64,000 nt of DNA, from NCBI GenBank assembly GCA_965237415.1, contig CBDEFM010000002.1:928001-992000 (forward strand). The letters run 5' to 3'. Made by a program: the position numbers and the translations under genes. Shown in pieces: positions 1-10,236 of the stretch; position 1 is the stretch's first letter; every line of letters starts with the position of its first letter. The notes under the pieces are model-generated. The model made no database searches, was not told the origin of the DNA, and saw only the letters and a program-made list of their open reading frames with translations. Source of the stretch: Alphaproteobacteria bacterium. Its GTDB lineage: Bacteria; Pseudomonadota; Alphaproteobacteria; UBA828.

Positions 1-1277
1 GATGGCCGGCAGGCCGCTGACGTTGTGCGGCATCGTGAAGACGATCTCGGGCATCAAGAGCTCGTAGTTGAATTTTTCGAATGTCAGCGACATGTCATAG
101 TAACCGACCCTGTGAGGCGGGTTGGGCATGGTCGGAGTGATGACCACGTCAAAGGGCTGGCAGTCTTCGGCGATGGTCCAGCCAAACACGTGCATCGCCT
201 CGATGTCCTGGGCAAGGGATGGCGCACTCATTCGCTCTCCGTGCTCGACCATCTCCTGGATCACGTTACCCAGCTCGCCCTTCTTCGGCGGGCGTCCCAA
301 CGTCGGCTCCAAGCTGCGGATGCTGGCCGCCGTCGCCGCGCAAGCAATGCGCGAAAGATCTCAGCGAGCGCGTCAAAGTCGAAACCGTACGCTAACTCCT
401 CTATCTCGTGGCCCAGCGACGCGCACAGCTTGGCCGCATTATTCGCCGCCGCCACACATTCCGGATGAACCGGCCGTCCGTTGGCGGCATTCGTGATCAG
501 CGCCATCTTGAGGCGCCCGGGATCCTTGCCAACTTCGTCCAAGAACGGCACTTCGGGCCGCGTGTACGCGTGTACGTCGCCGGGCACGGCATACTGGGTC
601 AGATCGTGATAGGCCGCCTGGTCGCGCACGCTTAGCGACACACAACCCTCGACGACACAGCCGTACCACATGTCCGCGTAGAGCGGCGCCGTCGTGGTAC
701 GGCCGCGCGACTGCTTGAGCCCGACCAGGCCGTTATTCGAGGCGGGGATGCGTGTCGATCCTCCGCCGTCGTTGGCGGTCGCCAAGGGCAGAATACGGGC
801 TCCGACGGCAGCGCCCGACCCGCCGCTGGATCCGCCCGGCGTGTGGTCAGGATTCCACGGATTACGCGCCGCCGGGTGGATCGGTGGCTCGGACGCGGCA
901 CAATAGCCGAACTCGGGCGTGACGGTCTTCGCCAGGCGGATGAAGCCACCCTCGGCGATGCGCTGCGCAACGATGCTGTCGTCCTCCGAGATGAAGTCCT
1001 GGAGGTAGCGACAGCCTCCTGTCAGCGGAAGGCCCCGGTATGCCGTCAATATATCCTTGAGGAGTAGTGGAACTCCGGTAAACCGCCCGTCAGGAAGCGG
1101 TCGCTCGGCGGCCGCGCGCGCCGCATCATAGTTCTTGAACATCACGCAGTTGAGCTCGGAATTAACGCGCTCAATCCGCTCTATGGCTGCTTCTACCAGC
1201 TCGATCGGCTTCACTTCCTTGCGTTTCACGAGATCGGCCAGACCCAATGCATCGTATTGTCCGAGTTCAATGCTCAT
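1..1277 (-). pseudogene. Amidase-signature family amidase, frameshifted near 345, runs off window start
   Basis: GVPLLLKD, GGSSGGS and [11 protein letters not shown] motifs. The C-terminal part (AATAASIRSLEPTLGR...MPHNVSGLPAI) continues in another frame. Confidence 0.8.
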
Positions 1278-1469
1278 GCAAGCCCTCCCCTTGGGCCGAC
1301 CACGGCCCCATGTAGCCACCCCCGACACGTCGACAAAGAGTCGCCGGACGAATGACTGGCCCGTCGCGGCGCCGGCGCAGTTCACGCTCCCCGCCGTCGC
1401 GGCGCGCGCCGCACCAGCAGAACAAGCCCGTAGAGCATCGCCTCCTGGCCATTCTATGTTGTGTTGCGC

Positions 1470-2612
1470 TCAGTAATCCGGTTCACCCAACAGGGCGGCG
1501 TTGAAGCCGAGCTCGGACGTCCTCGGTGACCAAAAGTCGATCGCATAGATGTCCGGGACAACGCCCGGCGAGATTGTGTTGCAACCTGCTGCAAAATTCC
1601 GTCGCCGTGCCGGTTTCGCACAGCTTGACGTTTTCATGTGTGACTTCCAAACCCCAGGGAACCAAATTTGTGTTTGGTACTTCTTTGCCGTCGAGAATAT
1701 CCACCACCAGCTTGAAGGTATAGGACACCGTCCACAGCCCTGAACCGATCGAGTTACCTCTCTTGCCGAGCGCGCCCTCGACACCCGAATCGGCGGGCAG
1801 CATCTGCAAGCGGTTGCCGTTGGCCGATTCGCCCGCGCACGGGACAATCGGATTGTCGGGCCACCAGCCGTCCTCGACCTGCATCTGCGACAGCGTATAG
1901 CAGCCGGTTTGCGCCACAATACCGTCGATCTCGCCCCACCCATGGGTTGCCAGGAACTCGCGCATCTTGAGCCGAGCCTCCGAGTGGCTCCACGAGCCCA
2001 CCAGCTGACCGAGCACGTTGACCTCGGGATACTTGGCGACGGTCTGCACAAAACCCTTATGATGGTTCTCGCTGTAAGACACGCCTGGCACGCCGGTGAT
2101 GGCGACGATGTTGCCCTTCCCGCCCATCTCATCGATCACCCACTGGGTCCGGTGCGCGCCGAGCCCAACTCCATCGATCTTGACGATATAGGCGCAGGGT
2201 TCGGTCACACCATTGACCACCGCCACCACGACGCCCTCGCCGCAAGCGTTGCGGATCACGCCATTGAGCGCGGTGGCGAGATCGGAAAGGCAAAAATAGC
2301 GTCCGCGCCAGCCTGAACCATCGCGTTCATTTGCTGGATTTGCCGAGCCGCGTTGGCCCCAGAAGCCTGGACCCTAAGCTCAACGCGGTCGCGATAAGGC
2401 GCCGTCTTCAACATCGCGACGGCCGTGTTCATTGCTTCGGTCTGCCAGGCGTTGCCGACATAGCTCATGCTGTAATAGATAAGGTATTTGCCGTCCTTGG
2501 TCTTGGCGTCAGCGGATCCCGGCGAAAAACCGAGTCCCAGCGCGGCCGCCAGAACGGCGATGAACATGAACCGCATTACCCACGCGATCGATGAAGGTTT
2601 CATGGCTTTCAC
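1470..2612 (-). pseudogene. Sugar-type (RbsB-like) ABC substrate-binding protein split by two single-base frameshifts (~2275, ~1595)
   Basis: Signal peptide and NAWQTEAMN / QIQQMNAMVQAGADAI in ORF 2256..2612. Continues in 1483..2259, then in the 1470..2132 frame (FAAGCNTISPG...). Confidence 0.75.
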
Positions 2613-2715
2613 CCTCCCATTTTGTAAAGTCCTAGGCGAGCTATTCGCGTCTTTCCGATGATAATAGCGTAGCGGCTGCGCGATGGCAACGCCGGTACTG
2701 ATCTGGTGTCGCTAG

Positions 2716-2840
2716 TCACCTGAATCTGAAGTTCGCCACATAAAGACAACTATATTGCACGACCACATTCTTCGACAATAGAGCGACTTAGTGTGACGAC
2801 ACTGCCAATTGAAAATGATCTCAACTTCAGTGTCAGGTGA
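2716..2840 (+). mobile_element. 125-bp MITE, copy 1, flanked by CTAG
   Basis: 18-bp imperfect TIR TCACCTGAATCTGAAGTT / AACTTCAGTGTCAGGTGA. CTAG at 2712-2715 and 2841-2844. AT-rich and non-coding. Confidence 0.9.
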
Positions 2841-2913
2841 CTAGCACATGATGTGTCCGGTTTAGGTAGCACACGAGTTGTCCGGTTTGGTGTCTCCGTG
2901 GGGAGGGACCGCG

Positions 2914-4098
2914 ATGAGCCGGACGACGTTGCTACAGGAACGCAGGATGCAGACGTTTCAGAATGTGCTGGGGCACTGGCAGGCACGACGCCTGTCTGCG
3001 CTGGAGGCGGCGGAGATGCTGGGGATGAGCGAGCGGAGCTTCCGCCGCTACCGGCGCCGCTACGAGGACGATGGCCTCGACGGATTGTTCGACCGAAGGC
3101 TCGACAAGGCGTCCGCGCGCCGCGTGCCGGCCGACCGGATCGAATGGGTGCTCGAGCAGTACCGAACCCGCCATACGGGCTGGACGGTCAAGCACTTCCA
3201 CGACCATCTCTGCGCCCACCATGGCTTCGCCTGGAGCTACACCTGGACCAAGACCACCTTGCAGCGCGCAGGCCTGGTGTCCAAGGCACCCAGGCGCGGC
3301 GCCCACCGTCGCCGGCGCCCGCGCAAGCCCTGCGTCGGCATGATGCTCCATCAGGACGGCTCACGCCATGAGTGGCTGGCCGGCCAGGCGGCGTGCGACC
3401 TGATCGTCACCATGGACGACGCCACCAGCGAGATCTATTCGGCCTTCCTGGTCGAGGAGGAAGGCACCGCGTCCACCTTCCGGGCGCTGAAGCAGGTGTT
3501 CACCGACAAGGGGATGCCCAGCAGCCTCTACACCGACCGTGGCAGCCACTACTTCCACACCCCCGAGGCAGGCGGCAAGGTCGCCAAGGATCAACACACC
3601 CAGGTCGGCCGCGCCCTCCATCAGCTCGGCATCGAGCACATCGCTGCCTATTCGCCCGAGGCCCGCGGCCGCTCCGAGCGCGCCTTCGGCACCCTCCAGG
3701 ACCGCCTCGTCAAGGAACTGGCGCTGGCGGGGATCGCGACGGTCAAAGCCGCCGACCGCTTCATCGCAGACACCTACCTGCCCGACCACAATCGCCGCTT
3801 CGCCACCCCGCCCGAACTCGAAGACAGCGCCTTCGTGCCCCTCGAACACCCCGGCCAGATCGACGACATCCTCTGTCGCCGCACAGACCGCACGGTCGCC
3901 CGCGACAACACCGTGCGCTACGAAAGGCGCGTCCTCCAGATCCCCGCTACCCCGGCCAGACACCACTACGTCAAGGCCACGGTCCGGGTCCATGAGTATC
4001 CGGACGGAACCCTCGCCCTCTTCCACGGGCCCCGATGCCTCGCCCGCTACACCGCCAACGGCGAGCCCATCGAAACCCCAACCCGGCAGGCCGCGTGA
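2914..4098 (+). CDS. DDE transposase (ISNCY/IS1202, IS481-related fold)
   Basis: N-terminal HTH; HQDGSRH, MDDATS, YTDRGS and GRSERAFGTLQDRL motifs; GGAGG RBS before ATG 2914. Confidence 0.92.
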   Translation: MSRTTLLQERRMQTFQNVLGHWQARRLSALEAAEMLGMSERSFRRYRRRYEDDGLDGLFDRRLDKASARRVPADRIEWVLEQYRTRHTGWTVKHFHDHLCAHHGFAWSYTWTKTTLQRAGLVSKAPRRGAHRRRRPRKPCVGMMLHQDGSRHEWLAGQAACDLIVTMDDATSEIYSAFLVEEEGTASTFRALKQVFTDKGMPSSLYTDRGSHYFHTPEAGGKVAKDQHTQVGRALHQLGIEHIAAYSPEARGRSERAFGTLQDRLVKELALAGIATVKAADRFIADTYLPDHNRRFATPPELEDSAFVPLEHPGQIDDILCRRTDRTVARDNTVRYERRVLQIPATPARHHYVKATVRVHEYPDGTLALFHGPRCLARYTANGEPIETPTRQAA

Positions 4099-4122
4099 GA
4101 CGCTTCGACGCGACCGGCCGGC

Positions 4123-4175
4123 GCCCTGTGGACAAGTGGACAGCCGCTCCGCGCCTGACCACTTGTCCACAGGGC
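4123..4175. repeat. 17-bp perfect inverted repeat in the IS subterminal region
   Basis: GCCCTGTGGACAAGTGG ... CCACTTGTCCACAGGGC; also present in IS copy 2. Confidence 0.85.
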
Positions 4176-4238
4176 AAACCGCAACAACAGAAGCGGACAT
4201 ATGATGTGCTACGAAAACCGGACAAATACACTTGCTAG

Positions 4239-4363
4239 TCACCTGAATCTAAAGTGCGCCACATAAAGACAACTATATTGCACGACCACATTCTTCGACA
4301 ATAGAGCGACTTAGTGTGACGACACTGCCAATTGATAATGATCTCAACTTCAGTGTCAGGTGA
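4239..4363 (+). mobile_element. 125-bp MITE, copy 2, flanked by CTAG
   Basis: Direct repeat of 2716..2840 with 3 substitutions seen; CTAG at 4235-4238 and 4364-4367. Confidence 0.9.
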
Positions 4364-4471
4364 CTAGCGTCAAGCGGCGCAAATTCGATCGAAAATTTGA
4401 TTTTGACAGGGGGGCGCCAAACTGGCATTGGCGACGGCCACGATAGTTCCAAGAAGAAGGGAGGCACGGGC

Positions 4472-4806
4472 GTGGCAAAGCGGGAATGGGGCGCCAAGCA
4501 CACGTGTATGAGTTGCGGCGTGAAATTCTACGACTTGCATCGAAATCCGATCACTTGCCCCAAGTGCGGCACCGAGGCCGAGGTGGAAACCGCGCGGCCG
4601 AACCGGCGGCGCCCGTCGGCGCAGCCGGCACCGGCGCAACCCGCCAACGAGGAGTGATCCCGGTCGCTGCGGACGAGACTGACGACGACGACACCGATGA
4701 GATGATCGACGACATAGACGATGACGACGATCTGGTTGAGGACATTGACGACACGGAGGCGGCTCATCCCGAGCTTGACCCAGGGCAGGCGGTCCCTAAT
4801 TCTTGA
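4472..4806 (+). CDS. TIGR02300 / FYDLN-acid family protein, apparent 1-nt frameshift at ~4655
   Basis: AKREWGAKHTCMSCGVKFYDLHRNPITCPKCG; the acidic tail is in another frame. Confidence 0.75.
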
Positions 4807-4872
4807 TTCACCTTGCGTCGTGTGCGGCGGAGCGCCTAGGGTCTAGCCTGCCGCGCGGCGCGCCGGAATTGC

Positions 4873-4948
<76 letters not shown>

Positions 4949-4973
4949 TTCCGGCCGCAGAGGTAGCGAGACC

Positions 4974-5663
4974 GTGAGCGCGCAAAAAAGCATCCTGATC
5001 GTCGATGACGACCAGGCGTTGCGCCAGTCCCTCGCCGAACAGCTTCACATGTATGAGGAGTTCGCGGCGAGCGAGGCTGCGACCGGGCGCGCGGCCCTCG
5101 ATGCCGTCAAGACCGGCCGCTTCGACCTCATCCTGCTGGACATCGGCCTGCCGGATATGGATGGCCGGGAGATCTGCAAGCTGCTGCGCCGGAGCGGAAT
5201 CGCCGTACCGATCATCATGCTGACCGCCGCCGATAGCGAGGCGGACACCATCCTCGGCCTCGATTCGGGCGCTAACGACTACGTCACCAAGCCCTTCCGC
5301 CTCGGCGCGTTGCTCGCGCGCATCCGCGCTCAGCTCCGACAGCACGAGCACAGCGAGGACGCGACCTTCACGATCGGGCAATACACCTTCAAGCCCGCAT
5401 CGAAGCTCCTGGTCCGGCCGAACGGTACCGGCAAGATTCGCCTGACGGAGAAGGAAGCGGCGATCCTCAAGTACCTCTATCGCGCGCGCGATCGGGTCAT
5501 CTCCCGCGAGGTGCTGTTGAGCGAGGTGTGGGGCTACAACGCCAACGTCGCAACCCACACGCTGGAAACGCACATCTATCGACTGCGCCAGAAGATCGAG
5601 CCCGAGCCCTCCGACCCCCGCCTGCTGGTGACCGAGGGCGGCGGTTACCGGCTGGTGTCGTAG
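4974..5663 (+). CDS. OmpR/PhoB family response regulator
   Basis: ILIVDDD, LLDIGLPDMDG, GANDYVTKPF; winged-helix tail HTLETHIYRLRQKIE. Confidence 0.93.
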   Translation: MSAQKSILIVDDDQALRQSLAEQLHMYEEFAASEAATGRAALDAVKTGRFDLILLDIGLPDMDGREICKLLRRSGIAVPIIMLTAADSEADTILGLDSGANDYVTKPFRLGALLARIRAQLRQHEHSEDATFTIGQYTFKPASKLLVRPNGTGKIRLTEKEAAILKYLYRARDRVISREVLLSEVWGYNANVATHTLETHIYRLRQKIEPEPSDPRLLVTEGGGYRLVS

Positions 5664-5687
5664 ACGCGAGGCCGCCGGCGGTGGCAG

Positions 5688-6488
5688 CTACTGTGTATCG
5701 ACGAGAAAATCCCTGAGCGCATCGAGGGTCTGATCGGGCTCCTCGTCGAGCATGATATGACCGGCGCCCGGGATCACCACCGTGGTCGAAGCGGCCAACA
5801 TCCGGGCGAGCGCGTGCCCGCGCTTCGCCGGTGTCATCAGATCGCGCGCGCCGATGACCACCAATACCGGACACGCCACCGCCGCGGCAGCTGCCTCGCC
5901 GCCCTCGTAGCCGTTGGTCGCGACCAGATCGGTGTGTAGGACGCCGGGACTTGCACGTTCGAGGGTGCGGAGTCCGCCCCCGGTCATCCAAAGCCCCGGC
6001 ATGCGATGGCCGCCAAAGTGGGCGCGCCGGCCGTAGCCCCATCCGGTGAGCAACTCCAGTGCATGGTGATCGTCCTCGGCCGCCTTGCCGAGCAGCAGGT
6101 CGTTGACGGGGATCGCGGGGGCGGCGCCGAGCAGCGCGAGCTTACGGACACGCGCGCCGTGGCGCGCCGCGGCCTCCAACGCGACCAGAGCGCCCATGCT
6201 GTGGCCGACCAGGTTGGCCTGGTCGACCTCCACCGCATCCAGGAGCGCCACGAGCCAGTCCGCCATCTCCGGAATCGAGCCCCGCGGCTGCCCCTGCGAG
6301 AGGCCATGGCCGGGCAGGTCGACCGCCAGCACGCTGCCGCCATGCCAGGCGAAATAGCGCGCCTGGAGCTTCCAGACCGTGTGATCGAAGGCGGCGCCGT
6401 GCACGAAGACGGTGACCGGCAGGCTGGGATCGAACGCCCGGCCACCAGTGGCGGCGAAGACGCGCAAGCCGTCTACGCGAAACTCCAC
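5688..6488 (-). CDS. Alpha/beta hydrolase
   Basis: FVHGA, DLPGHG, GHSMG nucleophile elbow, GAGH. Confidence 0.9.
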   Translation of the reverse strand: MEFRVDGLRVFAATGGRAFDPSLPVTVFVHGAAFDHTVWKLQARYFAWHGGSVLAVDLPGHGLSQGQPRGSIPEMADWLVALLDAVEVDQANLVGHSMGALVALEAAARHGARVRKLALLGAAPAIPVNDLLLGKAAEDDHHALELLTGWGYGRRAHFGGHRMPGLWMTGGGLRTLERASPGVLHTDLVATNGYEGGEAAAAAVACPVLVVIGARDLMTPAKRGHALARMLAASTTVVIPGAGHIMLDEEPDQTLDALRDFLVDTQ

Positions 6489-6490
6489 GG

Positions 6491-7798
6491 CTAGCGTCCT
6501 TTCGCCGCCCGCGTGGCCGCCCTGAGGCCGCGTTCGAGATCGGCGATCAGATCGTCCGGGTCCTCCAGCCCGATGGAGAGCCGCACCATGTCCTCGCCCA
6601 CGCCCGCGGCCTCTAGCGCTGCGGCGTCCATCTGCTGATGGGTGGTGCTCGCGGGGTGGATCACGAGGCTCTTGGCGTCACCGACGTTGGCGAGGTGCGA
6701 GAGCAGCTCGACCGCCTCGATGAAGGCCCGCCCTGCCTCACGGCCGCCCTTCACGCCGAAGCAGAAGATCGCGCCCGAGCCCTCCGGCAACAAGATCTTC
6801 GCGCGCTCGTGGTCGGGGTGGGAGGGAAGCTCCGGGTAGCTCACCCACGAGACGCCATCGTGGCCGTCGAGAAAGGCGACGATCTTGCGCGCGTTTTCGA
6901 CGTGACGCGCCATGCGGACCGGCAGGCTCTCCACGCCCTGGAGGATGTGGAAGGCATTGGTGGGGCTCATGCACGCGCCGAAGTCCCGCAGGCCCTCCGC
7001 GCGTGCGCGTGCGATGAACGCCGCGGGCCCGAACTCCTCGGCGAAGTCGATGCCGTGATAGCCGGCATAGGGTTCGGTCAGCGTCGGGAAGAGGCCGGAG
7101 GCCTCCCAGTCGAAGGTCCCGGCATCGACGATGACGCCGCCGATGGCCACCCCGTGCCCGCCCAGGAACTTGGTCGCCGAATGCATGACGATGTCGCAGC
7201 CGAGCTCGAACGGGCGGCAGAGGCAGGGGGTGGCGAAGGTGCTGTCGATCATCAGCGGAACGCCGGCGTCATGGGCGATGGTGGCGACCGCCGGCATGTC
7301 CATGATTTCGAGGCCGGGATTGCCCAGCGTCTCGCCGAATACGAGGCGCGTTTCTGGGCGGATCGCCTGGCGAAACCCGTCGGTGTCGCGGGGATCGACG
7401 AAGGTCGTTTTGATCCCGAAGCGCGGCAGGGTGTGGGTGAAGAGGTTGTGGCTGCCACCGTATATCGAGGCGGAGGAGACAATGTGCCCGCCCGCATCCA
7501 TCAGTGTCGCCACCGCGAGATGGAGCGCCGCTTGCCCACTCGCCGTGCAGACCGCGCCGACGCCCCCTTCCAGCGCCGCGATCCGTTCTTCCAGCACCGC
7601 GACCGTGGGGTTCGAAATGCGCGAGTAGATATGGCCGGCGCGTTCGAGGTTGAAGAGCGAGGCCGCCTGCTCGGTGTCGTCGAAGACGTAGGAGGTGGTC
7701 TGATAGATCGGCACCGCGCGCGCGCCGGTCGTCGGGTCCGGCTTCTGGCCGGCATGCAGGCTCAGCGTGTCGCGCTTGAAAGCCAGTGGGTCAGCCAT
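6491..7798 (-). CDS. metY: O-acetylhomoserine aminocarboxypropyltransferase (Cys/Met PLP family)
   Basis: PIYQTTSY, YSRISNPT, HSATKFLGGHG, HLANVGDAKSLVIHPASTTH. Confidence 0.9.
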   Translation of the reverse strand: MADPLAFKRDTLSLHAGQKPDPTTGARAVPIYQTTSYVFDDTEQAASLFNLERAGHIYSRISNPTVAVLEERIAALEGGVGAVCTASGQAALHLAVATLMDAGGHIVSSASIYGGSHNLFTHTLPRFGIKTTFVDPRDTDGFRQAIRPETRLVFGETLGNPGLEIMDMPAVATIAHDAGVPLMIDSTFATPCLCRPFELGCDIVMHSATKFLGGHGVAIGGVIVDAGTFDWEASGLFPTLTEPYAGYHGIDFAEEFGPAAFIARARAEGLRDFGACMSPTNAFHILQGVESLPVRMARHVENARKIVAFLDGHDGVSWVSYPELPSHPDHERAKILLPEGSGAIFCFGVKGGREAGRAFIEAVELLSHLANVGDAKSLVIHPASTTHQQMDAAALEAAGVGEDMVRLSIGLEDPDDLIADLERGLRAATRAAKGR

Positions 7799-7881
7799 CG
7801 CCTCTCTCCCCGGCGCACCGATTCAGCACGGGGCGCCGTGCGCCGCGAGGCTCCGCCATCCGTGTTACGATCGCAAGCGTC

Positions 7882-8055
7882 ATGACGACCAAGCGTCGAA
7901 AGGGTAAGCTGGACGCGCCCAGCGCCGGCAAGCGCACCGACCGCGAAGGCCGCCTCGCCGCCGCCCTGCGGGAGAACCTGCGGCGGCGTAAGCGCCAGAA
8001 AAGCGCGCGCAAGGCCGCCGCACCGACGCCGGTAAGAGACGGCGACGGCGCATAA
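7882..8055 (+). CDS. Small basic hypothetical protein (57 aa)
   Basis: RLAAALRENLRRRKRQ motif, recalled from small alphaproteobacterial proteins; fills an otherwise empty gap. Confidence 0.6.
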   Translation: MTTKRRKGKLDAPSAGKRTDREGRLAAALRENLRRRKRQKSARKAAAPTPVRDGDGA

Positions 8056-8085
8056 GCCGGGCGCAAGGAAGCGGCAACGCGCCGC

Positions 8086-8832
8086 TCAGAGCATGACGTC
8101 GCCCGAGTTGGGCCCAAGGGTCTGGCCGACGTAGATGGCCCCGCCGGGGCCGGCGAGGAAGGCCACGGTCTCGGCGATCTCCCACGCTTCGCCGAACCGC
8201 CCCAGGGGCAGTTCCGCGGCCTTCATCTCTTTCCACTCGTCGGAGATGTCATCGAGGATCGGCGTGTTGCAGGGGCCGGGGCCGATGGCGTTGACGCGCA
8301 CGCCGCGGCTCGAGACTTCCAGCGCGAGCGACTTGGTGAGCCCGATGACGCCGGCCTTCGCCGCCGCGTAGTGGGCCATTTGGAAGGCTCCCTTGTGGCC
8401 GAGCTGCGAGGCGGTGTTGATGATCACGCCCTCGCCCTTCTCCAGCATCGGGCCGAGCGCCTCGCGGTCACAGAGGAAGACGCCGCGCAGAAGCACCGCC
8501 ACCATGCGATCGAAGTCCTCCGTCTTCATCTCGACGAATGGGGACAGCCGGGCGTAGCCGGCATTGGCGAAGAGCAACGTGCAGTCGCCGAAGGCCTCGC
8601 GGCAGGCCGCGAACATGGCCTTCACGTCGGCCTCGTTGGAGACATCGCCGCCGATCGCTTCTGCCCGACCGTTGCCTTCCCGCACTTTGTTTGCCGTACG
8701 CTGAGCGTTCTCCTCGTTGATGTCCTGGCAGAAGATCGGCATCCCCTCCCGCGCGAGCCTGAGCGCAGTGGCCTCTCCAAATCCGCTGCCGGCACCTGTG
8801 ATCACAGCGATGTGGTCCTGCATCTCGATCAT
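8086..8832 (-). CDS. SDR family oxidoreductase
   Basis: TGAGSGFG, NAG, YAAAK; ATGA overlap with purB. Confidence 0.92.
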   Translation of the reverse strand: MIEMQDHIAVITGAGSGFGEATALRLAREGMPIFCQDINEENAQRTANKVREGNGRAEAIGGDVSNEADVKAMFAACREAFGDCTLLFANAGYARLSPFVEMKTEDFDRMVAVLLRGVFLCDREALGPMLEKGEGVIINTASQLGHKGAFQMAHYAAAKAGVIGLTKSLALEVSSRGVRVNAIGPGPCNTPILDDISDEWKEMKAAELPLGRFGEAWEIAETVAFLAGPGGAIYVGQTLGPNSGDVML

Positions 8833-10184
8833 GACCGTCCACTTCCCTCTTTGTCGGTTGAGTCATCCGTCGAGCGCCCGAAGACGCGCTCGAAAATCGT
8901 ATCGACGTGCTTGAGGTAAGGCTCGGGCGCAAACAGCGCGGCGAGCGCAGCGCGATCGAGCACGGCCGCGACCCGCTCGTCGGCCGCAAGCGCCGCTTCG
9001 AAATCGCCGCCGCCTTCCCAGACCTCCAGCGCGATCTTCTGCACGGTGGCGTAGGCGTCCTCGCGGGACATCCCACGCTCGATCAGCGCCAGCAGGACCC
9101 GCTGGCTGTGCACGAGCCCGCCTCGGCTGTCGAGATTGCGCCGCATGGCCGCCTCGTCGACCACGAGGCCGTCGACGACCGAGGCGAGCCTGGTCAGCGC
9201 AAAATCCAGCGCAATGGTCGCATCCGGCGCGAACACGCGCTCGACCGCTGAATGGCTGATGTCACGCTCGTGCCAGAGCGCGATGTTCTCCAGCGCCGGC
9301 ACCACCGACGCCCGTACGATGCGGGCGAGGCCGGTCAGATTCTCGCTCAGGATGGGGTTCTTCTTGTGGGGCATGGCGGACGAGCCCTTCTGCCCCTTGC
9401 CGAAGGCTTCAGCCGCCTCCCCCACCTCGCTTCGCTGCAAATGCCGAATCTCCACCGCCAGCCGCTCGATCGCGCCGGCGATGACGCCGAGCACGGCGAA
9501 ATACATGGCGTGGCGATCGCGCGGGATGACCTGGGTCGAGACCGGCTCCGGCGTGAGTCCCAGCGCCTCCGCGACATGCGCCTCGACCGCCGGGTCGACG
9601 CTCGCGAAGGTACCGACCGGCCCCGATATGGCGCAGGTCGCGATCTCGCGACGCGCCGCTTTCAACCGGTCTGCGGCGCGGGAGAACTCCGCGTAGTGGC
9701 CGGCGAGCTTGAGCCCGAAGCTCGTCGGCTCGGCATGGACGCCGTGGCTGCGGCCGACGCAGAGCGTCCGCTTGTGCTCGAACGCGCGTCGCTTGAGCGC
9801 TGCGGCCACGGCGCTGACGCCCTCCTCCAGCAGGGCGCCGGCCCGGTCGAGCTGCACCGCGAAGCCGGTGTCGAGAACATCGGACGAGGTGAGGCCCTGG
9901 TGTATGAAGCGCGCCTCCGGCCCCACATGGTTCGCGAGGTTGGTGAGGAAGGCGATCACGTCGTGGCGGGTCTCGCGCTCGATCGCGTCGATTTTCGCGG
10001 GATCGACGAGTGCCGCTTGGTGCGCACGCATCGCGCGGTCGAGCACTTCCGCCGCCACCTGCGGCGCCTGGCCGAGCGCGACCTGGGCATCGAGCGCATG
10101 GCGCTCAATCTCCAGCCAGATGGCGAAGCGGGTCTCAGGTGCCCAGACCGCGGCCATCTCCGGACGTGAATAACGCGGGATCAT
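8829..10184 (-). CDS. purB: Adenylosuccinate lyase
   Basis: MIPRYSRPEM, HQGLTSSD, GSSAMPHKKNP, LWHERDISHS. Confidence 0.97.
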   Translation of the reverse strand: MIPRYSRPEMAAVWAPETRFAIWLEIERHALDAQVALGQAPQVAAEVLDRAMRAHQAALVDPAKIDAIERETRHDVIAFLTNLANHVGPEARFIHQGLTSSDVLDTGFAVQLDRAGALLEEGVSAVAAALKRRAFEHKRTLCVGRSHGVHAEPTSFGLKLAGHYAEFSRAADRLKAARREIATCAISGPVGTFASVDPAVEAHVAEALGLTPEPVSTQVIPRDRHAMYFAVLGVIAGAIERLAVEIRHLQRSEVGEAAEAFGKGQKGSSAMPHKKNPILSENLTGLARIVRASVVPALENIALWHERDISHSAVERVFAPDATIALDFALTRLASVVDGLVVDEAAMRRNLDSRGGLVHSQRVLLALIERGMSREDAYATVQKIALEVWEGGGDFEAALAADERVAAVLDRAALAALFAPEPYLKHVDTIFERVFGRSTDDSTDKEGSGRS

Positions 10185-10236
10185 GGGATATCGCGGCGGG
10201 GGATCGACCCTCTCCTCACGTGCCGGCGGCAGGGCT

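Larger units (their letters stand above)
2707..4372 (+). mobile_element. IS1202-family-like (ISNCY) insertion sequence, copy 1, with a MITE nested in each end
   Basis: Starts TGTCGCTAG. Removing the two 129-bp insertions gives 1408 bp, the same length as the copy at 43370..44777. Repeated TGTCCGGTTT motifs lie near both ends. Confidence 0.85.

Noticed and set aside
2750-4503. Short ORFs ending ...LTLKLRS.SIGSVVTLSRSIVEECGRAI (2750..2986, 4273..4503)
   Set aside because: The shared tail is read-through into the MITE and is not conserved in the third copy.
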